NCBI GenBank assembly: GCA_044892525.1
Contig: CM097885.1
Location: forward strand, 2,358,001 to 2,422,000
Reading direction: 5' to 3'
DNA: 64,000 nucleotides
DNA from: Schmidtea polychroa
Lineage: Eukaryota
The notes under the pieces were generated by a model, which worked only from the letters and a program-made list of their open reading frames with translations, had not been told where the DNA came from and did no database searches. The position numbers and the translations under genes are program-made. Positions 25,870 through 43,600 of this stretch are shown here, piece by piece (the first letter of the stretch is position 1; every line of letters starts with the position of its first letter).

Positions 25870-26181
25870 AATGTCTGACAGAGAGAAAAGCAAGTTTGGA
25901 AAGGCGTCATATACCACATGAACTACAACTACAGATTTTGGAGTACCTTAACGGAGAAGAGATTCAATATGTCGGCCAATGGTGAATTCAAATAAGGGAC
26001 CATCGGAAACATTCAAAAAATGAACAGAAAATCATATTGTCCTTTGTTGCAAGTCCTTGTAGCTCTGACCATACGATATGATGACTACTCCGTGAAACTG
26101 ATCCTTATTGATTCCCCGTGAGAAAAAAGAAAATCTGCTGTGAACTCCCACTTGGTTGTTGACAACAACTTGTTGCCTAAG
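25870..26181 (+). mobile_element. pogo/Tigger remnant, 5' part (interrupted by the Polinton-like element)
   Basis: Decayed N-terminal frames ('FKK.EQKIILSFVAS'). The sequence continues after the duplicated CCTAAG at 39669 with pogo motifs. Confidence 0.55.
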
Positions 26182-26269
26182 AGTAGTAGGATGTGAGCTC
26201 CCCAGACCATGTCCCCTCCAGATCACATATACCCCCTCCCCCCCCCCGGGAAAAAATTTTTTTTTTTTT

Positions 26270-27639
26270 TTAGAACGATGCCTAATATTTTTAGAACTAT
26301 TACGTAATCAATGCCTAATATTTTTAGAACGATGCCTAATATTTTTAGAACTATTACGTAATTTTTTTTAAATTAAGTGATCCAGCGGGGACCTACTTTT
26401 TTTCTTCCCAAAAGTAATGTTCCCGCCAACAAATTTTATTAACCGATACCTCATCTTCAAGCTCAGTCCAAGACCTTTCGAATGAGCTATAGGTATCTTA
26501 TATATCTTTAATAGTTTTAATGTTATTAACAATTGATGACCACCATCTTTTCAACGTTAAATTATTATTATTTTTCAAAATATTATTAAGTGATCCAGCG
26601 GGGACCTACTTTTTTTCATCCCAAAAATTATTGTTCCCGCCAACATATTATATTGATCGATAGCTTATTTTAAAGCTCTGTGCAAGAACTTTCTAATGAG
26701 ATATAGATTTTTATCATACGATGACTCATCACATTTTTAGAACAAAGACAATGACTCATCACATTTTTAGAATGATGCCTAATATTTTAGAATGATGCCA
26801 AATATTTTTAGAACGATGTCTATTATTTTTAGAATGATTACATCATACTTTTAGAACGATGCCTAATATTTTTAGAATGATTACGTCATAATTTTAGAAC
26901 GATGCCAAATATTTTTAGAACGATGCCTAATATTTTTAGAACTATTACGTAATCAATGCCTAATATTTTTAGAACGATGCCTAATATTTTTAGAACTATT
27001 ACGTAATTTTTTTTAAATTAAGTGATCCAGCGGGGACCTACTTTTTTTCATCCCAAAAATTATTGTTCCCGCCAACATATTATATTGATCGATAGCTTAT
27101 TTTAAAGCTCTGTGCAAGAACTTTCTAATGAGATATAGATTTTTATCATACGATGACTCATCACATTTTTAGAACAAAGACAATGACTCATCACATTTTT
27201 AGAATGATGTCTAATATTTTAGAATGATGCCAAATATTTTTAGAACGATGTCTATTATTTTTAGAATGATTACATCATACTTTTAGAATGATGCCTAATA
27301 TTTTTAGAATGATGCCTAATATTTTTAGAATGATTACGTCATAATTTTAGAACGATGCCAAATATTTTTAGAACGATGCCTAATATTTTTAGAATGATTA
27401 CGTCATACTTTTAGAACGATGCCTAATATTTTAGAATGATGACTATTATTTTTAGAACGATTACGTCATACTTTTAGAACGAAGCCTAATATTTTTAGAA
27501 TTAATAATTTTGTTTTAATTATCGATGATTATATAATTTTGTTTAAATCATTGATTATATAATTCTTTTGTTTTAATTATCGAATACGTAATAATATAAT
27601 TTTGTTTAAATCGTTGATTACATATTATTATTTTCTAAG

Positions 27640-27705
<66 letters not shown>

Positions 27706-27877
27706 CATATATACACCGAGTCTATCCGACAAAATATTCTGTCCCCCTATGGGTACTGCTCACAAGGGTACTGATCACCAGGGTACTGCTCACAATCAAC
27801 AACTCGCTAGGGTATTATTAGTATTATTAATAATGACTAAGATATTTTCAAAGAATTATTATTACAACTCCCAAGAA

Positions 27878-27976
<99 letters not shown>

Positions 27977-28460
27977 CATGTATTTTTAGAACGATGACTC
28001 ATTCGATGACTCATACGATGACTCATAAATTATTATTATTTGTCAAAATATTATTAATTGGCCCAGCGGGCTCCTGGTTTTCGTTTGCTCAAAACTTAAT
28101 GTTCCCACCAACAGATTTTATTGACCGATACCTCATCTTAAAGCTCAGTCCAAGACCTTTCGAATGAGCCATAGAAGGTATCATCATCATTATTATTAAC
28201 AAAGAGAATGACTCACCCAACGATGTCTAATACTTTTAGAACGATGTCTAATATTTTTAGAATGATTACGTCATAATTTTAGAACGATGTCTATTATTTT
28301 TAGAATGATGCCTAATATTTTTAGAATGATTACGTCATACTTTTAGAACGATGCCTAATATTTTTAGAACGATGCCAAATATTTTTTAGAACGATGCCTA
28401 ATATTTTTAGAATGATTACGTCATACTTTTAGAACGAAGCCTAATATTTTTAGAATTAAT
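26270..28460. repeat. Subterminal arrays of ~21-bp units (ttagaacgatgcctaatattt) and ~200-bp units (aagtgatccagcggggacctac...cccgccaaca...aaagctcagtccaagacctttcgaatgag) in the left arm; mirrored at 38740-39575
   Basis: The ~200-bp unit starts at ~26374, 26588 and 27020, with a diverged copy at ~28058. Reverse-complement copies lie at 39135-39470. Confidence 0.9.
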
Positions 28461-28594
28461 AATTTTGTTTTAATTATCGATGATTATATAATTTTGTTTA
28501 AATCATTGATTATATAATTCTTTTGTTTTAATTATCGAATACGTAATAATATAATTTTGTTTAAATCGTTGATTACATATTATTATTTTCTAAG

Positions 28595-28640
<46 letters not shown>

Positions 28641-28854
28641 TTTTTCTCCGAGTTTATCCGACACGATATTCTGTCCCCCTAAGGGTAATGGTCACAAAGG
28701 TACTGCTAAAACTTTAACATATTATTACACACAATGTATAAAAAATATTATTACTGTCCACACATGCTACAAGTTAGTATTCCCATCGATAGCTCATCTT
28801 AAAGTCTAGTGTAAGATCTATCTAATGATATATTATTATTATAATTGGTAAAGA

Positions 28855-28981
<127 letters not shown>

Positions 28982-29306
28982 GGTAAAGATATTAACACCT
29001 GCGCGAAAGATGTTATTATTATTATGATTATTATTATATATAGTCAGAGTTTATCTGACAAGATATTCTGTCCCCACACACATTCTATATACACATACCT
29101 TATTATTTCAAAGTAATACGCGCGGGAGTTATTATTATTATCAAAAAACCTAAAATATTTTCTACACACACACACACACAACCCATTAACCATTATTATT
29201 ATTGCAAATATTAGTCAAAAACATAAAAACACTCATAAACCATTATTATTATCAATATTCGTGAAAACCTCAAATATTTTTTACACACATATACAACCCA
29301 TTAAAC

Positions 29307-29351
<45 letters not shown>

Positions 29352-32300
29352 ATAATTAGTCAAAAACCTAAAATAATTTTTACACACTAAGTTATGGGGT
29401 AGAGAATTATTATATGTTTGCAATATTCTGTGTTTGCCTTCACGGGAAGTTGACAATAATTTTATACATACATTCCATATACACATACCTTGTTTAACAT
29501 GGGTGTATATAGTCAGAGTTTATCCGACAAAATATTCTGTCCCCCTATGGGTATTGCTCACAAAGGTACTACTCACACTCAACATGTCGCAAGGGTTTTC
29601 GAGTTTAAAGCATATTATGGTTTATTAAGGTTAGTAAATAAAACTTATAACACCTACTATTTTTAATAATATTTAAACGATAAAAATCAAGACAAGAGAG
29701 GACAAGGCAAAGTTTATGCATTTAGTATTGCCAGGCCTAATGAGCAGTGACCAAATATCTGTGCCTGAAAGACACGGTGGATATTTGTTCGCGTCCACAA
29801 GGGTCGTCTGTGCCTTCCCCAAGTGGGGTCAGAAGAACCTGGGCATTATAGCTTTCCGTATGGAACATTACGCCTAGCATGGGTAGTCAACTACCAGCAC
29901 ATTCGAAACGTATAATTTCAAAATACATGCGTCATTGGCACTATAACCAAATTAATTAATGTTTTCACTAACACAAATATATATTTACAGAGGCCTCCCA
30001 CTAGTTGGATTACAACCGCCCACCACGACGATCAGCTTGTAAATATATATTAATTAAGGGATAAAGAGGACCCACCCAACCCTATTATATTTAATTTACA
30101 AATTTTTCTCGCTCTTCTGTTGGTAATCTATCTCAAAATTATCATCTCCATCGGGCCATTTGGAATACATCTTGCAAATTGGACATATTTCTTAGTTTCT
30201 GATGTGGTGTCAACTATCATTGCTAAAATTTATATTGATTTAAAAGCAATTAACTTACATTATCTAGCATTTTATCGTCACAGGCTTGATAAATTAGGCA
30301 ACTGTTATTTGTGGTATACTTTTTCAATGACATTTCCCACCATAAAACACAGATACCTAAATATAATATATATATTTTAAAGAATTAATTCATGTCTTAC
30401 ATTAATAATAATATTCTTCAGGTAGTACTTTACAATATCTAATTGCTAAAACATCGGTTTTTCCCATTTTTCTTGACAATCGTTGAAAGTTTACATAATT
30501 TAAGTCTGATAATTCATGTTGAAGGACACCCACAATCAGCTAATTCATTTAAGAAATCCGGAACTATAACTCCTTTAGTGTTTCACCATTTTGTCTGGTT
30601 CATTTTTTTCTATAATTCATGTTTTAATAAGAAATTTCAAAATCCAGAACATAAGTCATTTAGTGTTTCACCATTTTGTCTAGTTCATCTTCTTCATAAT
30701 CATATAATTCATTTTCTTCATTACTAAGTAAAATAATTAAAATATTGTAGTAAATTCTTTATTTACTTACTTTATGGATACTAAAACGAAAGAAATAAAG
30801 TTATATCAAAAGTATATTTAAATAAATTAAATTTAAATAATTTAATTTAGTTATTTAAAAATATTTAAACAATTTAGTTATTTAAGCATATTTAAACATT
30901 AATATTATTATATAGTATAATTTTATATAATATTATAATTTTATGTACACTTATATATCCTTCATTTAATTTTTTAAATTCAAAATTTATAATGAAGATT
31001 CTTTGAATTAAAAAATATTCTGTTAGTATTTCCAGGCAGTAAACAACGAATTCAATAATTAAAATCTTAATTTTCATGTTGTTAGAGTTGTGGCCAGAAT
31101 TTAATCGCCATCTAATCGTTTGTTCTCAATTTCGCTCATTTTTGTTCAAAACATTCAGGTGAGTTGTTATCTGGAAAGTTTCTTTTAACTCAGCTTTGTT
31201 AAAACACTCACGGTATTTTTGAGGGACGTGACACTGGAAATAAATTAACAATGGGTGGTCATCCATACATGTTGTTGGTCTGAGCTGTCGATTTATTTGG
31301 AAATAGATATATTAAAAACATTTACGGTATCATTCAGTAAAATAATATAGTATTTTTGAGTATTTTTTAGGTTATTTATAAATAACAGTATTTTGATATA
31401 TCAATAAAGACCATATACTCCGAGTTTATCCGGCAAGATATTCTGTCTCCCTATGGGTATTGCTAGCAAGGGTACTGGTCACATTCAACATGTCGCGAGG
31501 GTATATTAATTAAGGCATATGTATATTAGTTAAAAGTTCTTAGGTAATTTAGTGAGATATGCATAATCATTAATAACAACATATATTCATTGATAATTTT
31601 GGTAGAAGGTCTTTATCATTTAGAGTAAATTTCAGTCTTTGTTCGAGTCAAAAGGAGTCATAATAGAAACATGATCATTTGGTTATCATTTAACCAATTA
31701 AGGTGCTTATTAGTTAGAAATATAGGGTTACAATTCTTAGGTAATTTAGTGAGATGATCAGAAATTCGTGAATATTTTAAGTGTAACTTTATACTTATGT
31801 CGAGCGACTAATTTATTGGTTAACATTTTAGACATTTAAAGCAAAAGGTAATTTATTCATCTAATGTTCGTTACAATAGTTAATAATATGAGAAAAACAT
31901 GGTCATTATTCATTGATAATTTTAAATTCTTTATCATTTGGAGTAAATTTGTTTGAGGCAAAAATAATTAAAGGAGTCATAATAGAAATATGGTTATCAT
32001 TTATCCAATTAAGGGGCCTATTATTTAGAAATATATATTATAAAGTAACAATTATTTTCTAATTTAATTAGATGATCATTAGACGTAATATATCTTTGCG
32101 AGAAATTTAAGATGTTTGAGTAACCAAAACATGGACATTTTGTGCGATAAATTTATGAATATTGCTTAATTTTGTTATTTTTAGTCATTTAAAATAATAT
32201 TTAGCAAAGGTAATTTAGCAAAATATCATTTATCCACCCGATAACAATATTCCTTCAATAGATTAACTGATATTCAACCTATTTAATTTCTGGAAATATA

Positions 32301-33005
32301 ATTAAAATCATAAATTTCCTTCATGAAAGTTAAATTTTCTTTAGTTGTCGATGTCTAGCTCTTTTAAGTCAATGTCCGTCTTTAAAATGTTAAATAAAAT
32401 AATTTAAAGCAATAACCTTTGATATCAATTATCTCTAAATATTTCAAATATTGCATTGTCAAAACCAAGTAAATTAGTCATTACCCATTAATAAAACCGT
32501 GGATAATTAATAAAAACTGGTTCTGAAACATAAATTACTGTGCAATAACATTCATCACAACCTCTAAAACGATATAATTTCACAGGAACTATTCATAGCT
32601 GACTATTTCCCTTGAAAATTTGATATTTTACCAATAAGAATATATAAATATTCAAAACATTAACCGATCCCTCACCAAATATCTTTACCCCTTAAAACAC
32701 CTTAAATCGTATATATTACCATCTTAACCTTCACTAAATCCAACCGAATATAATTTCACCCACTTGTGCCCTTTAATAAATCTTAAAATCTATAGAAAAT
32801 TCTTCAAAATATGAATTTTATTTAATTGTCATAGACATTCTTCCATTGAAATAATTTAGTAGCTAAATTCAAAGAGTCCACTAAAAGATCAAAATTCATT
32901 AAAATAAATATTTAACCACATGTGTCATCAAATACCTAACTAGAGATGATAATATCTCATTGATTGATCATAATTATAACCATTATAACATGATATATCT
33001 TTCAA

Positions 33006-35009
33006 ACTAAATCACAAATTTAGGTATATTTTACAATAATTTTCAAGTAGATTTTAAATATATCATCACCGTGAAAAAATTAGATTGTTTCAACTTTAGA
33101 TTTTCAATATTTTAAAGTTCATCAATGTGTAAATATTCTTAGAAAAATATATGAAAAAATTATTTAGTCAAATTATCATTACAAAGTCATCATCATCATC
33201 AAAATTAATAAAATATAGCAAATTATCAAGAAATTAATTAAATTTATCTTAGAATTAACACTAAACCTTAAACTTTTAAATATTCTTTCAATTAACATGA
33301 AATTCACAAAAAAATGTTAGTAAAATCCCGCTAACTCTAAAAAATTACCAATGAATTTAATGCCAAATAATAACCAAATATTTGCCTAAATAAAATCATT
33401 AAAACACACCAGTACCTTTACGACCAGTACCCTTACGACCAATACCCTTACAAGCAGTACCCATAGAGGGAGAAAATATTTTGTCGGATAAACTCCGAGT
33501 ATATATATAATAAAACGAATTAACAATAACTCCATCAAATTGAATCAGTCAAATTATCACAAATTTTAATAAAAAATCTTATTCTAAAGTGGTAAGCAGC
33601 GTAAAATCGAAAGATAATTTTAATAACACAGAGATAAAATTAACAATATTATTCTCAGGTGGTAAGAATATTTTATTTTTGAGTCTGTTATCCCTCTATT
33701 ATCATTGCTTACTTGATGTTTTCATAAATTTAAGTAAAGTTAATGCTGGGTTTGTGTTATGACACACTTTGTTTCCTTCTTAACTTTGAGAGATTATTTT
33801 GATTAAAAAGAGTAATGTATCTTAATTTATCTTTTAGAATAACTGTTTTTGAAATATTTAATGTAAAATAGCAAATATCATAATTATTAATTCAATATTA
33901 AAGGAGTTAATCAAAATTTAAAATATAAAGTTATCATAATTGCTTAGTCAAATACCATTTGTTATGTATGTTTGTCATTTTTGGATTAAATACTTTATCA
34001 AAATAAATGTTTATCACATTATTAAAATATTTTAATTCGTTAGTCACTCATATATTAGAAATAATTTATAAATACTCATCACTTATAGCCCCCCATTTTC
34101 CACTAATCCTCCCAACAACTATTTCTTTGAACATTGAATTAAATATTTTTTTTTTATTAAAGTGATCATTTTTATAAATTTTTATGAATTTCATGAAATA
34201 ATTTTAAATAAATGCAATTAATATATTTCCATCTTATCTATGACACTTCTCGGTATATTTACATTTACGTTCCATTAATGAATAATTCAAACCCTTATTT
34301 TCACCTTTTTGAATTTCATTATTAATTAATCATAGAATAATGATGATTCTTACCACCTGAGAATAATATTGTTAATTTTATCTCTGTGTTATTAAAATTA
34401 TCTTTCGATTTTACGCTGCTTACCACTTTAGAATAAGATTTTTTATTAAAATTTGTGATAATTTGACTGATTCAATTTGATGGAGTTATTGTTAATTCGT
34501 TTTATTATATATATACTCGGAGTTTATCCGACAAAATATTTTCTCCCTCTATGGGTACTGCTTGTAAGGGTATTGGTCGTAAGGGTACTGGTCGTAAAGG
34601 TACTGGTGTGTTTTAATGATTTTATTTAGGCAAATATTTGGTTATTATTTGGCATTAAATTCATTGGTAATTTTTTAGAGTTAGCGGGATTTTACTAACA
34701 TTTTTTTGTGAATTTCATGTTAATTGAAAGAATATTTAAAAATTTAAGGTTTAGTGTTAATTCTAAGATAAATTTAATTAATTTCTTGATAATTTGCTAT
34801 ATTTTATTAATTTTGATGATGATGATGACTTTGTAATGATAATTTGACTAAATAATTTTTTCATATATTTTTCTAAGAATATTTACACATTGATGAACTT
34901 TAAAATATTGAAAATCTAAAGTTGAAACAATCTAATTTTTTCACGGTGATGATATATTTAAAATCTACTTGAAAATTATTGTAAAATATACCTAAATTTG
35001 TGATTTAGT
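33006..35009. repeat. Inner inverted repeat (arms ~33006-33669 and ~34346-35009, ~675-bp spacer)
   Basis: actaaatcacaaatttaggtatatt...ctcaggtggtaagaat is the reverse complement of attcttaccacctgag...aatatacctaaatttgtgatttagt. Confidence 0.93.
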
Positions 35010-35459
35010 ATAAAATATTCACTTAAAATATTCACGAATTTCTGATCATCTCACTAAATTACCTAAGAATTGTAACCCTATATTTCTAACTAATAAGCAC
35101 CTTAATTGGTTAAATGATAACCAAATGATCATGTTTCTATTATGACTCCTTTTGACTCGAACAAAGACTGAAATTTACTCTAAATGATAAAGACCTTCTA
35201 CCAAAATTATCAATGAATATATGTTGTTATTAATGATTATGCATATCTCACTAAATTACCTAAGAACTTTTAACTAATATACATATGCCTTAATTAATAT
35301 ACCCTCGCGACATGTTGAATGTGACCAGTACCCTTGCTAGCAATACCCATAGGGAGACAGAATATCTTGCCGGATAAACTCGGAGTATATGGTCTTTATT
35401 GATATATCAAAATACTGTTATTTATAAATAACCTAAAAAATACTCAAAAATACTATATT

Positions 35460-37110
35460 ATTTTACTGAATGATACCGTAAATGTTTTTAATATATCTAT
35501 TTCCAAATAAATCGACAGCTCAGACCAACAACATGTATGGATGACCACCCATTGTTAATTTATTTCCAGTGTCACGTCCCTCAAAAATACCGTGAGTGTT
35601 TTAACAAAGCTGAGTTAAAAGAAACTTTCCAGATAACAACTCACCTGAATGTTTTGAACAAAAATGAGCGAAATTGAGAACAAACGATTAGATGGCGATT
35701 AAATTCTGGCCACAACTCTAACAACATGAAAATTAAGATTTTAATTATTGAATTCGTTGTTTACTGCCTGGAAATACTAACAGAATATTTTTTAATTCAA
35801 AGAATCTTCATTATAAATTTTGAATTTAAAAAATTAAATGAAGGATATATAAGTGTACATAAAATTATAATATTATATAAAATTATACTATATAATAATG
35901 TTAATGTTTAAATATGCTTAAATAACTAAATTGTTTAAATATTTTTAAATAACTAAATTAAATTATTTAAATTTAATTTATTTAAATATACTTTTGATAT
36001 AACTTTATTTCTTTCGTTTTAGTATCCATAAAGTAAGTAAATAAAGAATTTACTACAATATTTTAATTATTTTACTTAGTAATGAAGAAAATGAATTATA
36101 TGATTATGAAGAAGATGAACTAGACAAAATGGTGAAACACTAAATGACTTATGTTCTGGATTTTGAAATTTCTTATTAAAACATGAATTATAGAAAAAAA
36201 TGAACCAGACAAAATGGTGAAACACTAAAGGAGTTATAGTTCCGGATTTCTTAAATGAATTAGCTGATTGTGGGTGTCCTTCAACATGAATTATCAGACT
36301 TAAATTATGTAAACTTTCAACGATTGTCAAGAAAAATGGGAAAAACCGATGTTTTAGCAATTAGATATTGTAAAGTACTACCTGAAGAATATTATTATTA
36401 ATGTAAGACATGAATTAATTCTTTAAAATATATATATTATATTTAGGTATCTGTGTTTTATGGTGGGAAATGTCATTGAAAAAGTATACCACAAATAACA
36501 GTTGCCTAATTTATCAAGCCTGTGACGATAAAATGCTAGATAATGTAAGTTAATTGCTTTTAAATCAATATAAATTTTAGCAATGATAGTTGACACCACA
36601 TCAGAAACTAAGAAATATGTCCAATTTGCAAGATGTATTCCAAATGGCCCGATGGAGATGATAATTTTGAGATAGATTACCAACAGAAGAGCGAGAAAAA
36701 TTTGTAAATTAAATATAATAGGGTTGGGTGGGTCCTCTTTATCCCTTAATTAATATATATTTACAAGCTGATCGTCGTGGTGGGCGGTTGTAATCCAACT
36801 AGTGGGAGGCCTCTGTAAATATATATTTGTGTTAGTGAAAACATTAATTAATTTGGTTATAGTGCCAATGACGCATGTATTTTGAAATTATACGTTTCGA
36901 ATGTGCTGGTAGTTGACTACCCATGCTAGGCGTAATGTTCCATACGGAAAGCTATAATGCCCAGGTTCTTCTGACCCCACTTGGGGAAGGCACAGACGAC
37001 CCTTGTGGACGCGAACAAATATCCACCGTGTCTTTCAGGCACAGATATTTGGTCACTGCTCATTAGGCCTGGCAATACTAAATGCATAAACTTTGCCTTG
37101 TCCTCTCTTG
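35460..37110 (+). pseudogene. Intron-rich gene-like cassette in the Polinton right arm (mirror copy on - strand at ~29690-31340)
   Basis: A series of short GT-AG intron-like segments: 35592-35632 gtgagt..tttccag, 36033-36079 gtaagt..acttag, 36403-36446 gtaaga..atttag, 36545-36580 gtaagt..ttttag and 36815-36862 gtaaat..ttatag. They separate more GC-rich exon-like blocks. No clean frame could be assembled and the product is unidentified. Confidence 0.5.
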
Positions 37111-37436
37111 TCTTGATTTTTATCGTTTAAATAGTGTGTGTGATAAGTTTTATTTACTAACCCTAATTAATATACCCTTGCGACATGTTGAATGTGAGTA
37201 GTACCTTTGTGAGCAATACCCTTAGGGGGACAGAATATTTTGTCGGATAAACTAGGAGTATATACACCCATGTTAAACAAGGTATGTGTATATAGAATGT
37301 ATGTATAAAATTATCGCTCCATATTGACAACTTCCTGTAAAGGCAAACACAGAATACTGCAAACATAATAATACTCTACCCCATAACTTAGTGTGTAAAA
37401 ATTATTTAAGGTTTTTTCACTAATAATAATAATAAT

Positions 37437-37469
<33 letters not shown>

Positions 37470-37586
37470 GTTTAATGGATTGTATATGTGTGTAAAAAAT
37501 ATTTGAGGTTTTCACGAATATTGTTACAAATAATTGTTAATGGGTTGTGTGTGTGTGTGTAAAAATATTTTAGGTTTTTAATATTG

Positions 37587-37648
<62 letters not shown>

Positions 37649-38049
37649 GTTTAATGGGTTGTATATGCGTGTAAAAAATATTTGAGGTTTTCACGAATAT
37701 TGATAATAATAATGGGTTATGAGTGTTTTTATGTTTTTGACTAATATTTGCAATAATAATAATGGTTAATGGGTTGTGTGTGTGTGTGTAGAAAATATTT
37801 TAGGTTTTCACTAATAATGATAATAATAATGGTTAATGGTTGTGTGAGTGTAAATAATATTTTAGGTTTTTGACTAATATTTGCAATAATAATAATAATA
37901 ATAATAAGTTTAATGAGTTGTATGTGTGTGTGTAAAAATATTTTAGGTTTTTAATATTGATAATAATAATAATGGTTAATGGGTTGTGTGTGTGTGTAAA
38001 AAATATTTTAGGTTTTCACTAATAATGATAATAATAATGGTTAATGGGT

Positions 38050-38081
<32 letters not shown>

Positions 38082-38166
38082 AAATATTTTAGGTTTTTAA
38101 TACTGATAATAATAATAATGGTTGAGGGGTTGTGTGTGTAAACCATATTTTAGATTTTTCATTAAC

Positions 38167-38211
<45 letters not shown>

Positions 38212-38513
38212 TCCCGCGCGTGTTAATACTTTAAAAGAAAATATTGAAAATTTAAAAAAATAATAATATTTATGCAAAGTATGTGCAATAATTATGTCTT
38301 TGTTAATTAAGTAAACTTTAGTGTCAAAATAAGTTTTTAAAATATTTTTAAATTTAAAATACCGCAACTTAATATATTTTTGTTCTACCCCTTCATTGAT
38401 TTAAGTTGGTCAGAATTTAATAATAATTATATTATACCCTTTGAGACTTGTTGAGTGTGAGTAGTACCCTTGCTAGCAATACCCATAGGGAGACAGAATA
38501 TCTTGTCGGATAG

Positions 38514-38600
<87 letters not shown>

Positions 38601-39668
38601 CTTAGAAAATAATAATATGTAATCAACGATTTAAACAAAATTATATTATTACGTATTCTATAATTAAAACAGAAGAATTATATAATCAATGATTTAAACA
38701 AATTATATAATCATCGATAATTAAAACAAAATTATTAATTCTAAAAATATTAGGCATCGTTCTAAAAGTATGATGTAATCATTCTAAAAATATTAGGCAT
38801 CGTTCTAAAAGTATGACGTAATCGCTCTAAAAATATTAGGCATCGTTCTAAAAATATTTGGCATCGTTCTAAAAATATTAGACATCGATTACGTAATAGT
38901 TCTAAAAATATTAGGCATCATTCTAAAAATAATAGACATCGTTCTAAAATTATGACGTAATCATTCTAAAAATATTAGGCATCATTCTAAAATATTAGAC
39001 ATCATTCTAAAAATAATAGACATCGTTCTAAAAATATTTGGCATCATTCTAAAATATTAGACATCATTCTAAAAATGTGATGAGTCATTGTCTTTGTTCT
39101 AAAAATGTGATGAGTCATCGTATGATAAAAATCTATAGCTCATTAGAAAGTTCTTGGACTGAGCTTTAAAATAAGCTATCGATCAATATAATATGTTGGC
39201 GGGAACAATAATTTTTTGGGATGAAAAAAAAGTAGGTCCCCGCTGGATCACTTAATAATATTTTGAAAAATAATAATAATTTAACGTTGAAAAGATGGTG
39301 GTCATCAATTGTTAATAACATTAAAACTATTAAAGATATATAAGATACCTATAGCTCATTCGAAAGGTCTTGGACTGAGCTTGAAGATGAGGTATCGGTT
39401 AATAAAATTTGTTGGCGGGAACATTACTTTTGGGAAGAAAAAAAGTAGGTCCCCGCTGGATCACTTAATTTAAAAAAAATTACGTAATAGTTCTAAAAAT
39501 ATTAGGCATCGTTCTAAAAATATTAGGCATTGATTACGTAATAGTTCTAAAAATATTAGGCATCGTTCTAAAAAAAAAAAAAAATTTTTTCCCGGGGGGG
39601 GGGGGGAGGGGGTATATGTGATCTGGAGGGGACATGGTCTGGGGAGCTCACATCCTACTACTCCTAAG

Positions 39669-40750
39669 GTTAGCTCGACCGTTTTAGAAAATGCTTTACA
39701 TAATAAAACATAAGTATAAAGGAAAGCGCATCAACCTACAATGAAGCTGCCAAAGCTTATTAACCGGGTGGATATAGAGCACATGAGGTTTGTAGCAGCC
39801 ACGAAACCGGTCATTGGTGGGAAATATATATGTCAAAGAGGGAATTTATCTCAACATACGAACCAGTTTCACGAGAATGTAAGGCCTCCAGTAATCAAAT
39901 GGTATTACTAAGATGCAGCAATGCTTCAATGGATCACATGGTAACACCCTTCCCAGTTATAAGCCCCCTCCCAAACCCTGAGCAATGAAACAATTAAATA
40001 CAGATTTGTAGCACGTAAGGAAAACCTTTGGAATAGAAGGAACTTAGATTTGATATTGGATCATATTCCGAGCCATTGGAAAGGTTGAAATGACCTCAGT
40101 GTCACAATAATGTTTCTGCCACCCAATGAAGCTTCATTACGTCAACCTTCAGATCAAGGAATTATGAAATAAATCAGGAGGTCGTTGCAACAGATTTTGA
40201 TATAAAGCCAACGAAGAATCTATCGAGATCTTGACTACTTGGATACTTTTGACCTTTCTGACTGTATCAATCTCATAACTTCATCCATCATAGAGATCGA
40301 TAACTTTCAATATCTGTTGGGAATACATTTGACCCGAGGTCAGTTTCAAGTGGAAACCTAATAGACAAAGCAGCTAGAATCAATACAATATTAGAATATT
40401 CCAAATCTGTAAGAGAAGAAGAGCTTGACAATTTTAATGTGGAAGACATTTAAGATTTGCTTATAAAAGATGAGGCTAATGAAGGAAGGTTAGTGGAAAT
40501 GTTAGATAAACCGAATTCATTCAAAGGAGGATATCACACATGGAAGCAATGAAGTTCCAAATTGTTACATAAAATCCATTAAGGTTAACCTTGACATAGA
40601 CGAGAACTTAGAATTCTTGTTTCTAAATATAAATACTCCCATTGAAAGCAACTCAAAATTGAAGAGTGACCTTCCTAAATGCCTTGCTCAATAGAAAGAC
40701 ATATATAAGGACCTCTCGACTCAAAGTGAAGAACCGGAAATAGCTAATCA
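39669..40750 (+). mobile_element. pogo/Tigger transposase remnant, 3' part
   Basis: Reads 'G*LDRFRK...ESASTYNEAAK...GGY...ETGHWW', 'LILDHIPSH' and 'IMFLPPNEASLRQPSDQGIMK' (DDE_1 motifs), with stops and frameshifts. Confidence 0.8.
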
Positions 40751-41799
40751 AAAGAATAATATAATCTTTTATTTGACATGACGAATTCTCATGAAATGAG
40801 AGATTTTCCATTCAGGATAAATATCTTCACCTTTTCTGATCCAGCAAGTTCTTTGTTTCAAATATTCCGGAACTGTATCGGAACCCATGGAATGTGTTAT
40901 AGGGGGGGGGGAGGGGGCGGCTTGCTGTATTACAATTGTTACACAAACATAAATTATATAAATGCTTACTTCATATGAAGAGAAGTTTACCCCCTTCCTC
41001 GACAAATCCAAATCAGGAGGGAGCAATCTATCAGCAACTTGAAACTTATAAAAGATTATTTCCGTTCAAGGAAGCTTAAAAGCTGACTAACAGCATGAAC
41101 ATCGTGACCAATCAAATGCGATTTGCGGGAAATATCAATTGGAGGAGTGTTTTGATTGGCTTATCGTTATCATAATAACTAATTAATTTCAATTGATTAA
41201 TAATTATTAATAATATTAATTTTGTTTTTAATAAAATTTTATTTATTTTTTATTTTAAATCCTCATATTAATGTTTTTTAGAAAATGAAAATGGAATTTC
41301 AATTTACATATTTGCATTAGATATGTCAAAAGGGGGGGGGGGGTGGACGCTAGAGATCATTTCCTATGATGTTTATATATTTGTGACATTGGTTGTCTTG
41401 CTTTTATCCTTTATTATTTCTTATTTCTACTTTTGTTTTGCATGAATTTGTCTTTTACTCTACAGGAAATTACTGCTTCAATGAATATATTTCAATATTT
41501 ATTTCTTTTGGCTCAGAGTTTCAATTAACTTCATGTCTATCCTATTTGTTGTTGAAGGGGTAATAGTTGAGGGTTCGCACGATGCTCGAATGGTACAACG
41601 AATTCCCAAATCGCCATGGCAACAAAGGATTCGGTGTGAATATCTCATCTCTAGAAGACGTTGGTACTTTGAAGATACGCTACGAGAAATTTGGCAAAGG
41701 CGAGAAAATATATTTCAAACCTCAAAATTAATGAATCCCATCAGATTTGGGATGGGAGTAATTATTATATTTTTTGACACATCAATTAACTATTAATTT

Positions 41800-43600
<1,801 letters not shown>

